A DNA stretch of 63,786 nt, filler included, from Asterionella formosa (Eukaryota): the NCBI GenBank assembly GCA_002256025.1. It is 6 parts of 6 records of this genome, joined end to end, with 100 filler letters (N's around TTAATTAATTAA, not from the genome) between each part and the next. Parts side by side here need not be neighbours in the genome. Positions count along the whole stretch, not along the records: positions 58,352 to 60,096 come from NKIB01001294.1; positions 60,197 to 61,941 come from NKIB01001295.1; positions 62,042 to 63,786 come from NKIB01001296.1; 3 more parts are not named here. One strand, written 5' to 3'. The translations under genes were made by a program, and so were the position numbers. The notes beneath the pieces were generated by a model. That model did no database searches and had not been told where the DNA came from. It saw nothing but the letters and a program-made list of their open reading frames with translations. The stretch's first letter is position 1; the number at the start of each line of letters is the position of its first letter. Of this stretch, positions 59,086 through 63,786 are shown piece by piece.

Positions 59086-60096
59086 CAGCGTTCTGTCAAC
59101 AGTTTGTCAAGTCGATGACGACGAACTCGAATAGAGAATAATTCAAATGTCCTCGTTGTTATACGTGTCTCTCGTTTCATTCCAATTTTCAGTGGATACA
59201 CAGTACAACATGATCATGATGTTTAATACCGGTAATCCAGTAAGCAATACATAGGGATTCTTGGTAATAAATATTTTTTTTTGTTATAATGTACAGTGTG
59301 TATACTCTCTCTGATGTTCAACTGTATTCGGGTAATATGTAGTACATAGTTGCAACCAAACTTAACGTAGGTCACTGATGCATCTCATTAAGCACCATCT
59401 CCAATAATTCTCCGGCTAAAACAGCACTTCCTATTTTAAAATTGCTATTCCGAACAATCAAATGATGGAGCACATAAAATATGTTTTAAGTTGTCTAGAA
59501 TTAGCTTAATGTGAACCTGACCGAGATTCTTTTGGAGCATTTTTCGTAGAGTTGCACCCTGATTAGAAGAATGTTTGCTCTGGACACCCTTCCCCCCCCC
59601 CCTTCGGTGACCCTTCATAAGACAATAGACATCAGAAGAAGGATTAACTAAAACTTGTTTTTCTAGTTTCCCCGAGTTTTTTGATGAGGAGCACCGGTAA
59701 TTTAATTGATACTGTCGTTCTCACCAGACGTAGATACGGTACCAGGTACCTGGTACCAGGTACCAGGTGGAACCGGATATCTATAGCATGCTGTGTATCG
59801 GTACCTGGTACCAGGTAGTCCTTTCCTGATAGGTACCTGGTAGTTACTCCTTCCGAAATACCGGTACCAGGTACTCCGACACCGGTAAAGCAGAAACATC
59901 CAAGTGAAGCAAGTAACAAGCGCAGCGACAGTGCATCAGCCAGAGGAAAACAAACTGTTCTGACGTTGTTGACTAATAGCTGCACTTGATTTCCTTTCTC
60001 ACTTTCCCTGATTGACTCCCAAGTCGGATTAGTGACCAAGAACAAATCCAGGCAAGGAAAAAGGACAAATAATTAATCGAAACAATTGTTCTTACC

Positions 60097-60196
60097 NNNN
60101 NNNNNNNNNNNNNNNNNNNNNNNNNNNNNNNNNNNNNNNNTTAATTAATTAANNNNNNNNNNNNNNNNNNNNNNNNNNNNNNNNNNNNNNNNNNNN
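60097..60196. other. Artificial contig linker
   Basis: N44-TTAATTAATTAA-N44. Confidence 0.98.
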
Positions 60197-61070
60197 AATC
60201 ATCGATAGAAAGGGTAAAGGAAATCAATTTCTTCACCTGCCAGGGTACCCCACCAGTCACCTTCAAAACTTTTTCGCAGTCATTCAGTGTAGATACTTCT
60301 TCAAAGGCGAGCTTTATTTCGTCAAAATCCATTTTGCAAGGGTGATTGTATTCCTCAAAGAGAATCCAAAGATGAGCTGCTCGACCACGAGAGAGAAGAT
60401 AATGAAGTACCAAATTGTTGGAGAAAATATTTTAGGAAAGAAAATCCCGGTATAAATTACCTACTACATGTTGAATCGAATGAATCAAGAAAGAATATGG
60501 TACCAGAGAATTCGAAAACAATCTACGCCAACAGTAAAACCCATAATTCTATTAAAACTCTTAGGAACGATTACAATCGATTACGGACATCGTTGTTCAT
60601 ATCTACAGCCTATTTGGTCCCTGACGTGTCCTTACAGGATACAAGAAAGCATAGAGTGCTTCGGGACGCAATTTCAACACAAATTAACTGCAGATCGCAG
60701 TATACAAATCGTCAACGTCGCCCCATCGTTGACAGTCTGAAATCATAGTTACGAGGTACTTGCAGCTACTGTCATATTGCAGCGTACGAACCAAGTTGAC
60801 AAGTGAGTGCGACTTGCAAATTCCATGCGGTCCCTTAATCATGATTCCAGCCGGACCACCTTTTTTGAAGGCATCTTCAACCGCTTTTAACATTGCCTTC
60901 ACAATTTCAGGGCGATATAAGATTCCCCGACTCTTGCAATCATCAAACCGCACTTTTTGGAGCCCATTCATCCAGTAAGAATCGTCAGGGGAAAAGACGG
61001 GCCCAATAGGATCAGAAGGAGATAAAGGATCATCAGACGGAGGTAAAGTAGGTTCAAAAGTAAGCTCTCT
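60197..61070 (-). pseudogene. Crinkler-like P-loop ATPase pseudogene interrupted by a solo LTR
   Basis: ILYRPE, GIMIKGPHGICKSHSL (Walker A-like) and downstream VLKVTGGVPWQV, as in CRN-associated ATPases. Confidence 0.55.
60416..60679 (+). mobile_element. Solo LTR of the same Copia family as 44606-50105
   Basis: 264-bp TGTTG...CAACA copy with a few substitutions and indels; TSD CAAAT (60411-60415 and 60680-60684). Confidence 0.96.
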
Positions 61071-61071
61071 A

Positions 61072-61218
61072 TGATAATACACTGTGATCACAAAATAGTG
61101 ATACAGTCTCATGTTTGGAATGGATGAACTTTGGTTCAAATCGAGTTATCGTTGATGATACATTTTCCAAAAAATTTCAAATTAAGTGATGCACAATGAA
61201 AATTGATAATAATAGCCC
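61072..61218 (+). mobile_element. Degenerate right end of a Harbinger H1 element
   Basis: Aligns with 58107-58250 (tgtgatcacaaa.tagtgatacagt...ttcaaatcgagtta.cgttg.tgatacatttt) and ends in a decayed TIR tgataataatagccc. Confidence 0.75.
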
Positions 61219-61478
61219 TTGGGTTAGTTGTATCATGTGCTCATGTAACACCCATCTCCCTAGAAGTGCTGGGTGCTGCATAGCGATGACACCTACATGG
61301 CAGAATCCCTTGACCCTAACCCAATCCTAATGTTATAGTGGTCTAAGCAGTTTATAATGGTCTCTAAACTCTAGAATAGATCCTTAGCACTATGTGTACA
61401 TGATCCTTAGAAGGCGTGCTCCCCTTACCCTCCTAGCACCCCAAATTCTGAAACAATATCTTTCTTCATTACATTGGC

Positions 61479-61941
61479 TTAGGCCATTGTAGAGTCTTGA
61501 GACAGGGTATTACTGGTCTTGCATAGTGCAACAACTGTGATTCGCCCCTGTGTTTTAGGAATAAGGTTTTGAACAGAGTTAGCAACACTTTGATCAGGAC
61601 TTAAATAAAGCAAATAAATCGTCTTGAGCTTTGTAAGCCATCCCGCCTTTTTACACATTACTGTAAACTTTTTCAGTACATTGTGATGTTTGGAAACATG
61701 TACCTGGACACCACACACACTATTGCCACACTTCCAGATGACATCAATTGCAGGAAATTTAAATCATAATTTCTGGCAACATATTGGAGGAATGGGTATC
61801 TATCAAGGGAAAAGAACTCTTGCTTTGGAAGAAATATTTCAATGAGATTGCATTTCTTCAATGCCGAAAATCCTTTCAAAAAAGTACCATTTGCATTGAT
61901 TGAACAGTGCTTGATCACAAGAAATTCAAAAATCCGACCAC
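61479..61941 (-). pseudogene. Crinkler-like C-terminal (restriction-endonuclease-like) fragment
   Basis: RIFEFLVI..., IFLPK..., VCGVQVHVSKHHNV...IYLLYLSP across frameshifts. Confidence 0.4.
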
Positions 61942-62041
61942 NNNNNNNNNNNNNNNNNNNNNNNNNNNNNNNNNNNNNNNNNNNNTTAATTAATTAANNN
62001 NNNNNNNNNNNNNNNNNNNNNNNNNNNNNNNNNNNNNNNNN
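61942..62041. other. Artificial contig linker
   Basis: N44-TTAATTAATTAA-N44. Confidence 0.98.
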
Positions 62042-62433
62042 TGGCTATTTATTTAGGATACTGTGGTGGAGTGCCAGGTACCAGGTGGTATAAAAATGTA
62101 TACATTCCACATACTTGTGCTTGTATATTCTGTGCCAAGAAAAAAGCTGAGACAAGCTCAAGCATATAAAAGTATACATATGAGTATATAAGTAAATATT
62201 AAGTAACGAGGGCAAAATCATGACGTTCCATGCATGGTTCGCATAAGTTAATCACATTTGACACCAAGAACACGAATAACGAACCCCGTCTGATGGAATC
62301 GTTCGCATCTCCCAGATGGCCTTTGATGTTCCCATGCACTGAAGGGATTTCCCACAAAGATCTTGAAACAAAACGGAAAACACTCGCAGCTCACAAATCT
62401 ATGACTTACATACTTATGCTTTCACTCGCAATC

Positions 62434-63086
62434 ATGATGTATCGCTCCTTCCTCTCTGTTATCTTTGCTACCAATCTTGGGATGGTAGCCTCTGCTGCCT
62501 TCTTGGGTCAAAACATGGCATTGATCAACCACAGCAACAAGCGATCCTTTAAGTCATCTGTTTCGATGGATTCACAAGACAAAGTAGACCTCGAACGGGT
62601 CAAGGACTGCGCGGAACATTTCGGTAAATGCACCCCAGGGGAATTGGAGACTCTTCGAGATTGTGAGTTGATAAAACCAATATGCCCGATACTTGTTTAA
62701 CAATTTTGCTAACACACCCCAACTTACGCACATACCATTACTTAGCTCTCCACCAAAAACGAGTTCGCAGCATGCTGCTGGCCAATATGATGGGTACCGC
62801 AGAAGCGGAGGATGTCTCTACTGTCATGGAACAACGCTTGCTCGAGGATGAATTAAACCTTCAGCTAGACCTGTTGAATCACGAGATGCCTCCGGATCAC
62901 TTGTTCGTTGAAGACGAAACAACAGATCAGTTTTCAGTTGAAAGTGATGACCATAACATGCATGTTCCCACAAAAGCCGAAGCCACTTCCACCTTGATGA
63001 TGCTCGATGAGGGAACGTTGGAGGCCGCTGTCTTTTGCGCTGCCCTTGGAATGATCTTTATGATACCTCAATTTCTCCAACTTTAG
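62434..63086 (+). CDS. Putative plastid-targeted protein of unknown function with C-terminal TM; exons 62434-62662 and 62746-63086
   Basis: Signal ending ASAA|FLG; DLERVKDCAEHFGKC..ELE.LR motif; phase-1 GTGAGT...TTAG intron joins LRD|SLHQKR; hydrophobic C-tail. Confidence 0.75.
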
Positions 63087-63401
63087 TTCGGCAGCGTCCC
63101 AAAAAACCCACACTATCATCAGCGATCGCAGCAGTTTTCAAATGACACAAGCTGAAAGTAGCGAACAACTTCAGATGAACAAGGAATCGCAACCGATCAT
63201 ATGATCCAGTGCCGGTGACGAATGTATGCTCAAACATATGCACTCTTATGCACATCAAGGCAGATAAACATAATAATGGCATTCAAAAATCTCAATAGAA
63301 TAGGGAGTTTCGCTGTTGGTGGTGGTTAAGGTCGTCACAGGTGTAACCTCAGTTGATTGCCAAGGTAGTTGCCGGTAATCCAAACAACACTCGCAGCAAT
63401 T

Positions 63402-63786
63402 TCACTCGAACCACCTTGTTTCCATGCGACCGGCCAGGCAATGCATCACCATGAATTCGTAGGTCCTTCTTGCCTTGCCAGTGAAATCGCAGTCCGCAAA
63501 TACTAGACAGGTACCACGAAAATCCTCAAATGGAACAACAATCGCGCCCTGGAATCGGGCTGATTTTGCTCGTCCCACTTTCACTGCATTCTGAAAACAT
63601 GCCGGTTTTTCAGGTGACTCATGCAGCTTCGTTACAAGCCGGTTAGTCACACACATACTTTGTGCTCATCCACAGCGTCAGACGGCGTTCCAAAGAGCCC
63701 GTCCCAAAATTCTTCATCATGTTTCGCCTTAACCTCCATTTCTTTCCGTTCTTTGTCACTGGAAGGAAATTGGGTGTCATTGAGCA
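63402..63786 (-). CDS. Possible 3' end of a hypothetical gene (5'-partial, one putative intron)
   Basis: Frame LNDTQF...DEHK can splice through GTATGT...TTTCAG to NAVKVG...WFE*; no domain recognised. Confidence 0.3.

Overview
Eukaryotic nuclear DNA, almost certainly from a diatom: an FCP/LHC gene with an ASAFAP-type plastid signal, short GT-AG introns and CoDi-type Copia elements. The window is not one locus. Five artificial linkers (N44-TTAATTAATTAA-N44) join six contigs of 28151, 28154, 1746, 1745, 1745 and 1745 bp, which look size-sorted, so adjacency across linkers means nothing. Contig 1 (1-28151) is gene-rich: a mucin-stalked protein with two ice-binding-like/choice-of-anchor-A domains, GT32 and GT8 glycosyltransferases, a head-to-head pair of pyruvate-type aldolases with mitochondrial-type presequences (RraA/HMG-aldolase-like and KDPG/KHG aldolase), a multipass membrane protein, a secreted PhoD, a Nudix CoA pyrophosphatase and a YLSSLPGK-repeat protein. 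Contig 2 has a small gene island (FCP, ribosomal P1, eIF2-alpha) surrounded by repeats: a Crypton remnant, a full-length decayed Copia (267-bp LTRs, ATGGA TSD) inserted in a pogo-like transposase, and PIF/Harbinger elements. The short contigs carry another Harbinger, a solo LTR inside a Crinkler-like ATPase pseudogene, and a plastid-targeted protein. Best leads: the divergent aldolase pair, a candidate tRNA-derived SINE family, a GTAC/CCWGG motif clustered upstream of genes, and the tandem ice-binding-like adhesin. All family assignments come from motif recognition by eye; no database searches were run.
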